NCBI GenBank assembly: GCA_963765575.1
Contig: CAVXWZ010000008.1
Coordinates: 288,001-352,000 of the forward strand
Source: an uncultured cyanobacterium
Lineage (GTDB): Bacteria > Cyanobacteriota > Cyanobacteriia > PCC-6307 > Cyanobiaceae
Reading direction: 5' to 3'
Length of the DNA stretch: 64,000 bases
Shown: positions 42,173 to 52,322 of the stretch, piece after piece
Layout of the letters: the number at the start of each line of letters is the position of its first letter
Position numbering within the stretch: the stretch's first letter is position 1
Position numbers and translations under genes: made by a program
Notes under the pieces: model-generated
The model's database searches: none
Seen by the model: the letters and a program-made list of their open reading frames with translations, nothing else
Told to the model about the DNA's origin: nothing

Positions 42173-44017
42173 ATGTCCGAGCAACAGGTTCCGGTGGTGG
42201 TGTGGGGAGGCGGCAGCGGCGGCGTCGCGGCGGCGATCCAGGCGGCCCGCAGCTCCGCCCGCACGCTGCTGCTCACCCCGGGCCCCTGGCTGGGGGGCAT
42301 GGTCAGCGCCGCCGGCGTCTGCTGCCCGGACGGCAACGAGCTCAGTCCTTGGCAGACCGGGCTCTGGGGTGCCCTGCTGCGGCAGCTGGCCGCGGAGGAA
42401 CCCGAGGGCCTGGACCAGAACTGGGTGAGCTGTTTCGGCTACCGGCCGGCCAGCGCCGAAGGGATTCTGCGCCGCTGGGTGCGGGCTGCCGCGGTGGAGT
42501 GGTGGCCGAACTGCCAGCTGCGGGGGGTGCGCCGCCAGGGGGATCGGATCGCGGCCCTGGAGCTGGAGCGCCACGGCCAGGTGCTGACCGTGCGGCCGGA
42601 GATGGCGATCGACGGCAGTGACCGGGGCGAGCTGATCGCCCTGGCCGGCAGCGCCCACCGCCTCGGCTGGGAGAGCCGCGACCAGTGGCAGGAGCCGAGC
42701 GCCCCGTCGGCGGAGCGACTGGCCGCCGAGCCATTCTTCCGCCAGCAGCCGGTGCAGTCCCCCACCTGGGTGGCCCTGGGCCGGCTGCGGCGCGATCGTG
42801 CCTGCCCCCCGGCGGCCCCGGCCCCGGCGGTACCGTTCGCGGCCGCCACGCAGGCCTTCGGCCTGGAGCGCACGATCACCTATGGCCGCCTGCCCGGGGA
42901 TCTGGTGATGCTCAACTGGCCGCTGCAGGGCAACGACTGGCACAGCGGCCTGGAGCGCGCCTTCAGCGGCGATACCGGCGCCGAAGCCCAGCTGTATGCC
43001 GCCATGCGCGAGCACAGCCGGGCCTTCGCCAAGGCTCTCCAGGAGGCCAGCGATGGCTGGCTGGAGCCGGCGCCGGTGTTCCCGCAGCAGCCGATCGAGC
43101 CGACCCAGCCCCTGGACGCCGCGCTGGAGGGCCCCTCCGCCCTGGCGCTGATGCCCTACTGGCGCGAGGGCCGTCGGTTGCAGGGGCTGGTGACCGTGAC
43201 CGAGCAGCAGCTGCTGCCCGGTGCCCCCGGGGCGTCGATCGCGCCGTTGGCCGGAGTGGAGGGCGCCTGCAGTGCCATCGCCGTGGGCAACTACGCCAAC
43301 GACCACCACTACCCCGGCCCGGACTGGCCCCTGGCGCCCAAGAGCTGCCGCTGGGGCGGGCGCTGGAGCGGCACCCCCTTCACCGTGCCCTACGGCGCCC
43401 TGGTGAGCCGCGACACCGTCAACCTGCTGGCCGCCGAGAAGTGCTGCAGCGTCAGCCACATGGCCAACGGTGCCACCCGCCTGCAGCCGCTGATCCTGAA
43501 CATCGGCCAGGCGGCGGGGCTGGCGGCGGCCCTTTGTCTGCAGCGCCGTTGCCGGCCTTCCGACCTGCCGGCAGCGGTCCTGCAGGAGGCGCTGATCGCC
43601 GACCCGTTGGCCCCGGCCGGGCCCCTGCCCCTCTGGGATACCCCCTGGCACCACCCCGCCTGGCGGCGGCGGCAGCGGGCAGCCGTGGCCGATCCTGGCC
43701 TGGTCGATGGCGGCGGGCAGCTCTCCGCGGCTGAAAAGCGGGCCGGAGCGCTCGAGGCCGACCTGGATCCAGGCCAGGCCCCACGCGAAACCCTGGAACA
43801 GGTCTGGAGCGGCGCGCTGGTGAGCGACGGCCAGGGAGGCCATCGCCTCGAATCGGGGTCCGACGCCTCCGTCTCAGGGGGCCGCAGCTGGCCCCTGATC
43901 ACCCTGGAGCCGGCCCTGCACCAGTGGCTGAACCAGGCCCAGGGCGGCCCGGTGCGGCTGCTGGGTGTGGCCAATCCCTGGGGACCGTGGCTGCGGGTGT
44001 CACGCCTGGCGGACTGA
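42173..44017 (+). CDS. FAD-dependent oxidoreductase of unknown substrate
   Basis: VVWGGGSGG, IDGSDRGE, PYWREGRR, HMANGATRLQP. Confidence 0.85.
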   Translation: MSEQQVPVVVWGGGSGGVAAAIQAARSSARTLLLTPGPWLGGMVSAAGVCCPDGNELSPWQTGLWGALLRQLAAEEPEGLDQNWVSCFGYRPASAEGILRRWVRAAAVEWWPNCQLRGVRRQGDRIAALELERHGQVLTVRPEMAIDGSDRGELIALAGSAHRLGWESRDQWQEPSAPSAERLAAEPFFRQQPVQSPTWVALGRLRRDRACPPAAPAPAVPFAAATQAFGLERTITYGRLPGDLVMLNWPLQGNDWHSGLERAFSGDTGAEAQLYAAMREHSRAFAKALQEASDGWLEPAPVFPQQPIEPTQPLDAALEGPSALALMPYWREGRRLQGLVTVTEQQLLPGAPGASIAPLAGVEGACSAIAVGNYANDHHYPGPDWPLAPKSCRWGGRWSGTPFTVPYGALVSRDTVNLLAAEKCCSVSHMANGATRLQPLILNIGQAAGLAAALCLQRRCRPSDLPAAVLQEALIADPLAPAGPLPLWDTPWHHPAWRRRQRAAVADPGLVDGGGQLSAAEKRAGALEADLDPGQAPRETLEQVWSGALVSDGQGGHRLESGSDASVSGGRSWPLITLEPALHQWLNQAQGGPVRLLGVANPWGPWLRVSRLAD

Positions 44018-44042
44018 GACCGGCAACGCCCTGGCCTGCCCC

Positions 44043-46091
44043 TCAGGCGCTGGCCACGAGCCGGAGCTGGTCCCGCAGCGGATCCACCTGCTGCACGCGC
44101 AGCAGCAGGGCCATGGCCGGCGCGGCAGCCTCCGGGGCGAGGGCGGGCAGGTCCATGGCCAGCTCCTCCACATGCACCAGGGCCAGCCGGTCCTGGGACC
44201 GCAGCCAGCGCAGGAAACAGCACCGCCACTGCTGGCCCGGGTGGGAATCGAACCACACCTGCTGCCAGTGGCGTTGGTCTTCGCGGCTGATCTGCACCGC
44301 CTGGCGGGCCGGGCCCTCCAGCTCCGCGAGCAGGGCCAGCACGGCCTCCTCGTCGAGGGGCTGGCGGCCCTGCTGCAGGGCCGCCAGCTGGCGCTGGGCC
44401 AGCAGGTCGCCGTAGCGGCGGATCGGCGAGGTGGCCTGCACGTAGGCCGGCAGAGCGAGGCTGAAGTGGGGCGCTGGCCGGCTGCCGGTGTGGCCGCGAC
44501 TGAGGCAGGCCTTGATCGCGGCGTGGCGCACCGGCCCGGGGGGCAGGGCCTCGAGGGTGGCAGCGGGGGGCAGCTCGGCGGGGGGCTGGCTGCGGTAGGG
44601 CAGGGCGAGGCCATGCAGACGCCCGTGCTCGGCCACCACGGCACCGGCGAGGACCATGGCCTCGGCCACGAGCTGGCGGGCGGGGCCAGGCTCGGTGACC
44701 TCCAGCTCGGCGCAGCCCTGCCGCTCCACGATCCGGCCCTCCGGTTGATCGAGCTGCAGTGCCCCCCTGGCCAGCCGCCAGGCGCGGCGGCGCTCCAGCA
44801 GGCCCTGGAGCTCGCTGAGCTGGCGCTCCTGGGGCGGGGCCAGTTCGATCAGCTCATCGGCGTCGCGGTAGCTGAGCCGGTAGCTGGGCCTGATCCAGCT
44901 GCGGCAGAGCCCACTGGCGGCCACGGCGCCATCGTCCTCAAGCTCCACCCAGAGGCTCCAGGCGGCGCAGCGCTGGCCGGCCCGCAGGCTGAAGGGGCCG
45001 GTGCTCAGCCGGGGCGGGAACATCGGCAGGCTGCCCCGGGCCAGATAGAGGCTCGTGGCCCTGCGTTGGGCCTCCAGATCCAGGGGGGAGCCCGGCTCCA
45101 CCAGCCGACCCGGATCGGCCACATGAATCCACAGCCGCGGGCGGCCCTCGGGCCCGCTCTCGAGGCTGAGGCCGTCGTCGATGTCGCGGGTGTCCTCGTC
45201 GTCAATGGTCACCACGTGCTGGCCGCAGAGGTCCAGCCGCTCGGCATCGCCCGGCAGCTCCTGGCCCGCCAGCTCCAGCAACCGCCCGGCCTCCGCCTCC
45301 TGCTCGGCAGAGAAGCCCAGCTGCCAGGGGGTGCGGCTCAGGGATGGCAGGTGGTGGGGCTGCCATTGGCCCAGGTCCACCAGCAGATGGCGAATGCCGC
45401 CGCTGTCGGGGTGGCAATGGGCCGCCTGCAGGGCCCGGCGCAGCTCCGTGGGCAAGGGCACGGCGGTGTCCTCGCTGGCCCAGCTCAGCAGCAGCTCCAG
45501 CTCCTGGCGCTGTTGCGGGGCGAGGTCGCCCGCCGTGAGGGGCCGGCGGTCCTGCAGGGCCTGATGCCACTGCCGCCTCAGGCCCTCCTGCAGGGCCTGT
45601 TGGCGGCGCTGCTGGCGCAGGTGGCGCAGATCCTCAGGCGGGCGGGCGCTGATGCCCGACGGACGCACACGGAACTGCAGTTGGGGGCCCTGCAGCCAGA
45701 GCCAGCCAGCCGCCAGCTGCCAGGGCTCGCAGCCAGCCAGCACCAGCTCGCACCACTGCTCCAGGCTGATCTCACCCTCCCCGGCCTCATGCAGCAGCCA
45801 CCAGGCGGAGCCGAGGTCCCGGCGCGGGGGTGCGGCGCCAGCCAGATCGGCGGCAGCGAACGACCAGGGGGCCAGCCCCAGGCGTGGCGGGGGGTCGGCA
45901 GCCCCGGGCAGGGCACAGATCAGCTGCACCTCCCGTCGCGGCAGGAGCAGCGGTTTGGCGGTCCAGCCCAGCACCACCTGAACCTTGGAGCCCTGGATGG
46001 CGACCACAACGGCGAGGGCCGCGTTGGGCTCTGAGCCGCGCTCGGCCAGCAGACCAACCAGGTCGCCGGGATGAAGGGGGTGATGGGCCAG
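44043..46091 (-). CDS. rnb: Ribonuclease II/R family exoribonuclease (start uncertain: CTG 46091 or GTG 46007)
   Basis: TIDDEDTRDIDDGLS, HVAD, ATSPIRRYGDL. Confidence 0.9.
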   Translation of the reverse strand: MAHHPLHPGDLVGLLAERGSEPNAALAVVVAIQGSKVQVVLGWTAKPLLLPRREVQLICALPGAADPPPRLGLAPWSFAAADLAGAAPPRRDLGSAWWLLHEAGEGEISLEQWCELVLAGCEPWQLAAGWLWLQGPQLQFRVRPSGISARPPEDLRHLRQQRRQQALQEGLRRQWHQALQDRRPLTAGDLAPQQRQELELLLSWASEDTAVPLPTELRRALQAAHCHPDSGGIRHLLVDLGQWQPHHLPSLSRTPWQLGFSAEQEAEAGRLLELAGQELPGDAERLDLCGQHVVTIDDEDTRDIDDGLSLESGPEGRPRLWIHVADPGRLVEPGSPLDLEAQRRATSLYLARGSLPMFPPRLSTGPFSLRAGQRCAAWSLWVELEDDGAVAASGLCRSWIRPSYRLSYRDADELIELAPPQERQLSELQGLLERRRAWRLARGALQLDQPEGRIVERQGCAELEVTEPGPARQLVAEAMVLAGAVVAEHGRLHGLALPYRSQPPAELPPAATLEALPPGPVRHAAIKACLSRGHTGSRPAPHFSLALPAYVQATSPIRRYGDLLAQRQLAALQQGRQPLDEEAVLALLAELEGPARQAVQISREDQRHWQQVWFDSHPGQQWRCCFLRWLRSQDRLALVHVEELAMDLPALAPEAAAPAMALLLRVQQVDPLRDQLRLVASA

Positions 46092-46098
46092 ATGCCGC

Positions 46099-46320
46099 TC
46101 AGCCTTCCGGGTTGACGAAGGGCAGCAGGGCCACGATGCGCGCCCGCTTCACCGCATTGGTGAGGTCGCGCTGCTGTTTGGCCGTGAGGCCCGTGAGCCG
46201 GCGGGGCAGGATCTTGCCGCGCTCAGTGATGAACTTCTTGAGCAGATCGACGTCCTTGTAGTCGATCGGATCGCCCGGCTTGATCGGCGAGAGGCGCTTC
46301 TTGAAAAAATTACCGGCCAT
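46099..46320 (-). CDS. rpsR: 30S ribosomal protein S18
   Basis: [23 protein letters not shown]. Confidence 0.98.
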   Translation of the reverse strand: MAGNFFKKRLSPIKPGDPIDYKDVDLLKKFITERGKILPRRLTGLTAKQQRDLTNAVKRARIVALLPFVNPEG

Positions 46321-46409
46321 GGGAGGAGGGAAGGGGAAGGGAGAAATGCCGCAGCGTGGATCGATGGCGGCCGGAGGACACCGGCCAGCCGCTGATCACA
46401 GACCGCCGC

Positions 46410-46604
46410 TCACTTGATTTCCTTGTGAACGGTCGGCTTGTTGCAGTGCGGGCAGAACTTCTTCAGCTCCATCCGTTCGGTGGTGTTGCGGCGGTTCTTT
46501 TCGGTGGTGTAACGGGACACTCCCGGAGACCGCTTGGCGGGGTTGGACCGGCATTCCGTGCACTCGAGAGTGATCACGATCCGGACGCCCTTGTTTTTTG
46601 CCAT
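46410..46604 (-). CDS. rpmG: 50S ribosomal protein L33
   Basis: [29 protein letters not shown]. Confidence 0.97.
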   Translation of the reverse strand: MAKNKGVRIVITLECTECRSNPAKRSPGVSRYTTEKNRRNTTERMELKKFCPHCNKPTVHKEIK

Positions 46605-46733
46605 GAAGGACGTTGCGCCGCGATCAGCGAAGCATGTGGACAAGGGCCAACCTTAACGGGCGATGGTCCGGGCCCCCTGGCGGCCTGAAGTTGGCTGCCT
46701 AGGATCCGCCGCTGTGCCCAGAAGGAACGACTG

Positions 46734-49181
46734 ATGCGGGTCTCTCACCAGTGGCTGCGGGAACTGGTGAGCGCTCCGGCCGGCCAGGGGGAGCTGGACC
46801 TCGACATCGACAGCCTGGCGGAGCGGTTGTCGGTCGCCGGCTTCGAGGTGGAGGCGGTGGACGACCTGGCGGCCCGGGCCGCAGGCGTGGTCGTGGGTCG
46901 GGTGCTCAGCCGCGAGCCCCATCCCGACGCCAGCAAGCTCAGTGTCTGCTCGGTGGATGTGGGGGCGGCGGCCCCCCTGCAGATCGTGTGCGGCGCCGCC
47001 AATGTGCGGGCAGGCATCCATGTGCCGGTGGCCCTGGTGGGCAGCACCCTGCCGGCGGTGAACCTCACGATCAAACCGGCCCAGCTGCGGGGCGTGGCCA
47101 GCAGCGGCATGATCTGCTCCCTGGCCGAACTGGGTTTCAGCGACAGCTCGGGAGGCATCGCCGTGCTCGATGAGTTGCTGGAGACGGTGCCGGCGCCGGG
47201 TGCACCGGTGGGCCCGAGCCTGGGCCTGGACGATCGGGTGCTGGAGCTGGCGATCACGGCCAACCGGCCCGACGGACTGTCGATGCAGGGCATCGCCCGG
47301 GAAGTGGCGGCCCTGAGCGGCGGGCACACCCATTTCCCTGCCTCTGCGCCCGCCTGCGCCAGTGAGCCGCTGGCGGCCACCCCAGAGGCCCTGGCGGCGA
47401 TGGAGGACGGCGGCCTGTTCAGCCTTACGGCCCTGGCTGGCCTGCGCGTGGGGCCGTCGCCCCTGGCCGTGCAGCGGCGGCTGGAGAAGGCGGGCATCCG
47501 CCCGATCAACAACGTGGTGGACATCACCAATCTGGTGATGCTGGAGACCGGTCAGCCCCTGCATGCCTTCGACAGCGACCGCCTGGCGGCGCTCAACGGT
47601 GGTCGCGCCGATGCAGCCGCCATCGGCCTGCGCCAGGCCCGCCGCGGCGAGCCCTTCACCAGCCTCGATGGGGAAGCGCGCCGGCTCGGGGACGCCGCCC
47701 TGGTGGTGACCTGCGCCGACCAGCCGATCGCCCTGGCCGGCGTCATCGGTGGCGCCGCGGAGGCCGTGCACGCGGGCACCGAGACCATCTGGCTGGAGGC
47801 GGCGGTGTTCCCGGCCAGCCGGGTGCGGCGCTCGGCCCGCAGCGTGGGGCTGCGCACCGAGGCCAGCAGCCGTTTTGAGAAAGGTCTGCCCGTGGAGGCC
47901 ACCCTGGCCGCTGCCGACCGCGCCTGCGCCCTGCTGGTGGAACTGGCGGGCGCCACGGTGCTGGGCCGCTGGCTGCACCGCCGACCCAGCGCCCCGGAGC
48001 AGCCGCTGTCCCTGCGCCGCGACGCCCTGCACAACCTGCTCGGTCCGGTGCTGGTGGCCAACGAGCCCTGCGACCTGGCCGACGAGCACATCACCAGCAC
48101 CCTGGAGGCCATCGGCTGCACCCTGGAAGCCAGCGACGAGGGCTGGCAGGTGCGGGTGCCGCCCTCCCGCGCCATTGACCTGCGCCGGGAAGTGGATCTG
48201 ATTGAGGAGGTGGCGCGCCTGGTGGGCTACGACCAGTTCGCCTGCCACCTGCCGGATCCGATCGAACCCGGCGGCCTCGACGCCGCCCAGCAGGCGGAGC
48301 GTCGCCTGCGCCGCTCCCTCTGTGCCGCTGGTCTCCAGGAGGCCTGCAGCTTCTCGCTGGTGCCGGCGGCCGAGGGCCGCATTCCCCTCGCCAACCCCCT
48401 GCTGGCCGACTACGGCCACCTGCGCGACGACCTGCTCGGAGAACTGTTGGAGGCGGCCCGGCGCAATCTGCAGAGCGGCCAGGCAGGGTTCTGGGCGTTC
48501 GAGATCGGCCAGGTGTTTCGGCAGGGCGCCGGCGAGGCACGCACTCTGCTCGCCGGGGTGATCTGCGGCGAGCGCCGCTCCGAGCGCTGGAGCAGCAGCG
48601 GCAAGCCGGCCCCGGCGGACTATGGCCAGGCCCGCGGCGTGCTGCAGCAGGCCCTCAGCTCCTTGAAGCTGCCGGTGGAGGACAGGCTGCTGGAGTCGCA
48701 TCCGCTGCTGCACCCAGGACGGGCCGCCGAACTGGTGCTGGAGGGACGGCCCGCAGGCTGGTTTGGCCAGCTCCATCCCGCTCAGGCGGACGACCTTGAC
48801 CTGCCCGAAGCGACCCACCTCTTCCAGGTCGAGCTCGGCGCCCTGCTCACCGCCGCCACCCGCCGCAACCGCTGGCAGCCCGCCTTCGCTCCCTTCCCCA
48901 CGGTGCCGTCAGCGGAACGGGACCTGGCCCTGGTGGTGCCCGACCGCACCCTGGCGGCCGACTTGCTGCAGGTGATCCGCAAGGCGGGCCGGCCCCTGCT
49001 GGAGCAGGCCGAGCTGATTGACCGCTACGAGGGCGATCAACTGGCCAGCGGCCAGTGCAGCCAGGCTTTCCGCCTGCGCTACCGGGACCCGCACCGCACC
49101 CTCACCGAAGCCGAGGTGGAGCAGGCCCATGAGCTCATTCGGCAGGCCCTGGAGACCCAGCTGGGCGCCCAGCTGCGCTGA
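46734..49181 (+). CDS. pheT: Phenylalanine--tRNA ligase beta subunit
   Basis: IVCGAANV, TANRPD, REVDLIEEVAR, ERDLA, RTLT. Confidence 0.97.
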   Translation: MRVSHQWLRELVSAPAGQGELDLDIDSLAERLSVAGFEVEAVDDLAARAAGVVVGRVLSREPHPDASKLSVCSVDVGAAAPLQIVCGAANVRAGIHVPVALVGSTLPAVNLTIKPAQLRGVASSGMICSLAELGFSDSSGGIAVLDELLETVPAPGAPVGPSLGLDDRVLELAITANRPDGLSMQGIAREVAALSGGHTHFPASAPACASEPLAATPEALAAMEDGGLFSLTALAGLRVGPSPLAVQRRLEKAGIRPINNVVDITNLVMLETGQPLHAFDSDRLAALNGGRADAAAIGLRQARRGEPFTSLDGEARRLGDAALVVTCADQPIALAGVIGGAAEAVHAGTETIWLEAAVFPASRVRRSARSVGLRTEASSRFEKGLPVEATLAAADRACALLVELAGATVLGRWLHRRPSAPEQPLSLRRDALHNLLGPVLVANEPCDLADEHITSTLEAIGCTLEASDEGWQVRVPPSRAIDLRREVDLIEEVARLVGYDQFACHLPDPIEPGGLDAAQQAERRLRRSLCAAGLQEACSFSLVPAAEGRIPLANPLLADYGHLRDDLLGELLEAARRNLQSGQAGFWAFEIGQVFRQGAGEARTLLAGVICGERRSERWSSSGKPAPADYGQARGVLQQALSSLKLPVEDRLLESHPLLHPGRAAELVLEGRPAGWFGQLHPAQADDLDLPEATHLFQVELGALLTAATRRNRWQPAFAPFPTVPSAERDLALVVPDRTLAADLLQVIRKAGRPLLEQAELIDRYEGDQLASGQCSQAFRLRYRDPHRTLTEAEVEQAHELIRQALETQLGAQLR

Positions 49182-50577
49182 GGCGCAGCACGGCCAGGCA
49201 CTCCACGTGGCTGGTCTGGGGGAAGAAGTCGATCGGCTGGGCGCTCTCCAGCCGGTAGGGACCCTGGGGGCCCGTCAGCGGCCCCAGGTCGCGGGCCAGG
49301 GTGGCCGGATCGCAGCTCAGGTACAGCAGCGTGGCGGGTGGTGACTCCAGGATCGTGGTGAGCACGGCGGGCTCCAGGCCCTTGCGGGGCGGATCCACGA
49401 ACAGGGCCTCGCAGTCGGGTATGGCCTGGTCCAGCAGGGCGGCCACCGCGCCTTCCTGAAAGCGGCAGCGCTCGGCCAGGCCGTTGCGGTCAGCGTTGCG
49501 GCGCGCCAGCTCCACGGCCGCCCCATCACGTTCGAGCCCAAGCACCTGCCAGCCGGCGGCGGCCAGGGGCAGCCCGTAGGTGCCAATGCCGCAGTAGGCA
49601 TCAATGAGGGTGGCCGGGGCTTGGCCGGCGAGCGCGGCCTGCAACAGCGGCACCACGGCCTCGGCCTGCAGGGTGTTCACCTGGAAAAAGGTGTCGGCGC
49701 CCACCTGCAGCTCCAGGCCGGCAAAACGCTCCCGCAGCCAATCGCGGCCCGCCACCACCTGGGTGGTGGGTCCCAGCAGGGTGTTGGTGGGGCGATCCTG
49801 GAGATTGAGGCACACGCCCACCAGCTGGGGCCAGCGCTGCAGCCACTGGCCCGCCAGGGTCTCCAGGCCAGGCAGCTGCTGGTGGCTGCTCACCAGGGTC
49901 AGCAGCACCTCACCGCTGTGAACCCCGAGGCGCAGGGCCAGGTGGCGCAGCCCGCCGCCGGTTTTGAGGTGGCGGTCCACCGGCCAGTCACTGGCCTCCA
50001 GGTCGGCCTTGAGCGGAGCGATCAGCGCATCGAGGCGGGGATCGAGCACCGGGCAGTGGTTGAGGTTGACGATGCGGTGGCTGCCCGGTCGGTAGTAGCC
50101 GGCCGTGAGGGAGCCATCGGGGCGGCGCTCCAGGGGCAGCACGGCGCGGTTGCGGTAGCTGAAGCCATCCCCTGCCGCCAGGGTGGGCCCCACCAACGCG
50201 TCACAGGCCTCCAGCCGGCCGATGCGCTCCAGGGCGTCGACCAGTTTCTGGCGCTTCCAGCGCTGCTGGGCCGTGTCCTGGAGATGCTGCAGGCTGCAGC
50301 CGCCGCAGCGGTCGGCGAGGATGCAGGGGGGTCGGCGGCGCTCGGGTGAGGCGTCCAGCACCGCCAGCAAGTCGGCCGTCCAGTGGTTGCGGCTGCGGTG
50401 TCGCAGGCGCAAGCGCAGCATTTCGCCCGGCAGGCCGCCGGGCACAAACACCACCTGGCCATCCCGGCGCACCACCGCCTGGCCGTCGTGGGAGAGGCCT
50501 GAGGCCAGTGCCTGCAGCGTTTGTCCCACCACCAAGGGCTCCGTGCCGGCCACTTCGCCCGCCTGTGGACCGCCCAT
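49135..50577 (-). CDS. rlmD: 23S rRNA (uracil-1939-C5)-methyltransferase
   Basis: TRAM N-terminus, CGGC, FFQVN, DPPRKG, YLSCDPATLARD, DFFPQTSHVE. Confidence 0.93.
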   Translation of the reverse strand: MGGPQAGEVAGTEPLVVGQTLQALASGLSHDGQAVVRRDGQVVFVPGGLPGEMLRLRLRHRSRNHWTADLLAVLDASPERRRPPCILADRCGGCSLQHLQDTAQQRWKRQKLVDALERIGRLEACDALVGPTLAAGDGFSYRNRAVLPLERRPDGSLTAGYYRPGSHRIVNLNHCPVLDPRLDALIAPLKADLEASDWPVDRHLKTGGGLRHLALRLGVHSGEVLLTLVSSHQQLPGLETLAGQWLQRWPQLVGVCLNLQDRPTNTLLGPTTQVVAGRDWLRERFAGLELQVGADTFFQVNTLQAEAVVPLLQAALAGQAPATLIDAYCGIGTYGLPLAAAGWQVLGLERDGAAVELARRNADRNGLAERCRFQEGAVAALLDQAIPDCEALFVDPPRKGLEPAVLTTILESPPATLLYLSCDPATLARDLGPLTGPQGPYRLESAQPIDFFPQTSHVECLAVLRLSAAGRPAGSPGPAE

Positions 50578-50695
50578 CCGCTCACCAGCACCGCAGGGCC
50601 GAACCTAGGTCGTGCGAAGGGCCGTTACACCTTGCGATGGTCATTCGAGAGAGCCGTTCGGTCTGGATAGAGTGAGCGGGCGTGTGGCCGCTGCG

Positions 50696-51190
50696 ATGAG
50701 CGTCGTTCGGGATCTGATCCTCCAGGCGGATGATCAACTGCGCTATCCCAGCAGTGGTGAACTTCGCTCGATGGTGGAGTTCCTCGGGGCCGGAGAGCGC
50801 CGGCTGGCGGTGGTGCGGGTGCTCACCGAAAACGAGCAGAAGATCGTCGATGAGGCGGCCAAGCAGCTGTTCAGCCGCCAACCCGACTACGTGGCCCCCG
50901 GCGGCAACGCCTACGGCCAGAAACAGCGCGCCCAGTGCCTGCGCGACTACAGCTGGTACCTGCGACTGGTGACCTACGGGGTGCTGGCGGGCAGCACCGA
51001 GCTGATTCAGAAGATCGGACTGGAGGGCGCCCGGGAGATGTACAACAGCCTGGGGGTGCCGATGCCGGGGATGGTGGAAGCGATGCGCACCCTCAAGGAT
51101 GCCGCCGTCGCCCTGCTGGGCAGCGACTCGGCTGCCCTGGCCGGCCCCTACTTCGACTTTCTGATTCAGGGGATGCAGACCCCCACCTAG
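50696..51190 (+). CDS. apcD: Allophycocyanin-B alpha subunit
   Basis: [32 protein letters not shown]. Confidence 0.93.
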   Translation: MSVVRDLILQADDQLRYPSSGELRSMVEFLGAGERRLAVVRVLTENEQKIVDEAAKQLFSRQPDYVAPGGNAYGQKQRAQCLRDYSWYLRLVTYGVLAGSTELIQKIGLEGAREMYNSLGVPMPGMVEAMRTLKDAAVALLGSDSAALAGPYFDFLIQGMQTPT

Positions 51191-51230
51191 GCCACCTCCA
51201 TGGCTCTGGACGCCCAGCCCTGGGACCTCA

Positions 51231-51263
51231 ACCCCGTCGAGACAGTCTCAACGGGGTCTTTTT
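51231..51263 (+). terminator. Intrinsic terminator after apcD
   Basis: ACCCCGTCGAGA-CAG-TCTCAACGGGGT followed by CTTTTT. Confidence 0.8.
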
Positions 51264-52293
51264 AATGGACCAGATGTGCGACTCAGGCAGGATCCCCGCA
51301 ACGGATTCACGGACGAGGTCGCGGACCCGGCGGGCGGCGCGGGGCGAAACCCCCTGAGACTGAGCACCGCTGATCAGGAGTCTTGGCCTGGTCTCACAGT
51401 TGGTCCTGTGAAGAAACTCTGATGAGACTGGTGCGATGACTCGTTGAGATGATTGGCGATCGGTGGATTCCCCCGCAGATCCGTTGATGCCTGATTGACC
51501 CGCCAGCCCGGTGGACTATCGAGCTCCAGCCAAGGGGTTGATTCAGGACGCCTGCGCTGGCTGCGACCGCGCCGCTCCGCGTCACGATCGATGGCACGCC
51601 AAGGTCCATGGCTCGCAGTCTGGACCAGTGACGAGACCTGACCTGGGACCAGAACAAGACAGCCAAGTCGCCAGCCTGGTGGGACTGCCTCCCTGCCCGT
51701 GTCTCGCGTCAGGCCCCAGAGCCAACAGCGGCCCCGGTGTCCATGCAGTTGTATGGCGTATCTGTGTCTACAACAGATACGCCGACGCCTTCACTCGCCT
51801 CGCCATGCGGGTTCTGGCAGTGGCCTGGCGACACTGGACAAGGCTCAGCCGGCACGCTGGACAGCACGGCGCTGCAGCGTCGTTGGGGGTCTGGATGAAT
51901 GTGCCGTGGGTGGCAGGGCATCCATGGGGTGTGGCGCGCAGATGAAATCGATCCAAATGCAGAACATCAGGCCTCTGATCGCGCACCAGCCCAGGTCCCA
52001 GACGAGACGGGCAAGAGGTGCCGAGAGTCTCGCCTGGGACTCTTATCTAGTCTAGTAGAGAGGCCCGTCCGAGACTCCTGGGACGGGCCTCGCGGCCAAC
52101 GCGGCCTGGTTGCCGGTGCGAGCGGCAACGGCGACTGGATGCATCAGCGAGGCGCAACGCCGAGGTCCTTGGGTCGATCCGCTGACTTTCGGGAAGGCGT
52201 TACTCCTTGGCTGCCATTGAGGCGGCCAGGATCAACCCCCACGATCAACCTGCCTCAGTCATATCAGATGAGTCTCGATCCAGGTCTATATAC
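51239..52293. other. Non-coding block rich in GAGAC/GTCTC motifs and hairpins
   Basis: 11 GAGAC/GTCTC copies counted by eye; several 9-12 bp stems; no convincing ORF. Confidence 0.6.
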
Positions 52294-52322
52294 GAGGCCT
52301 GGACAAGACGACCGCGACACCC

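Noticed and set aside
51191..52322. dif site or DnaA-box cluster
   Set aside because: No match seen to the XerC/D dif consensus or to TTATCCACA
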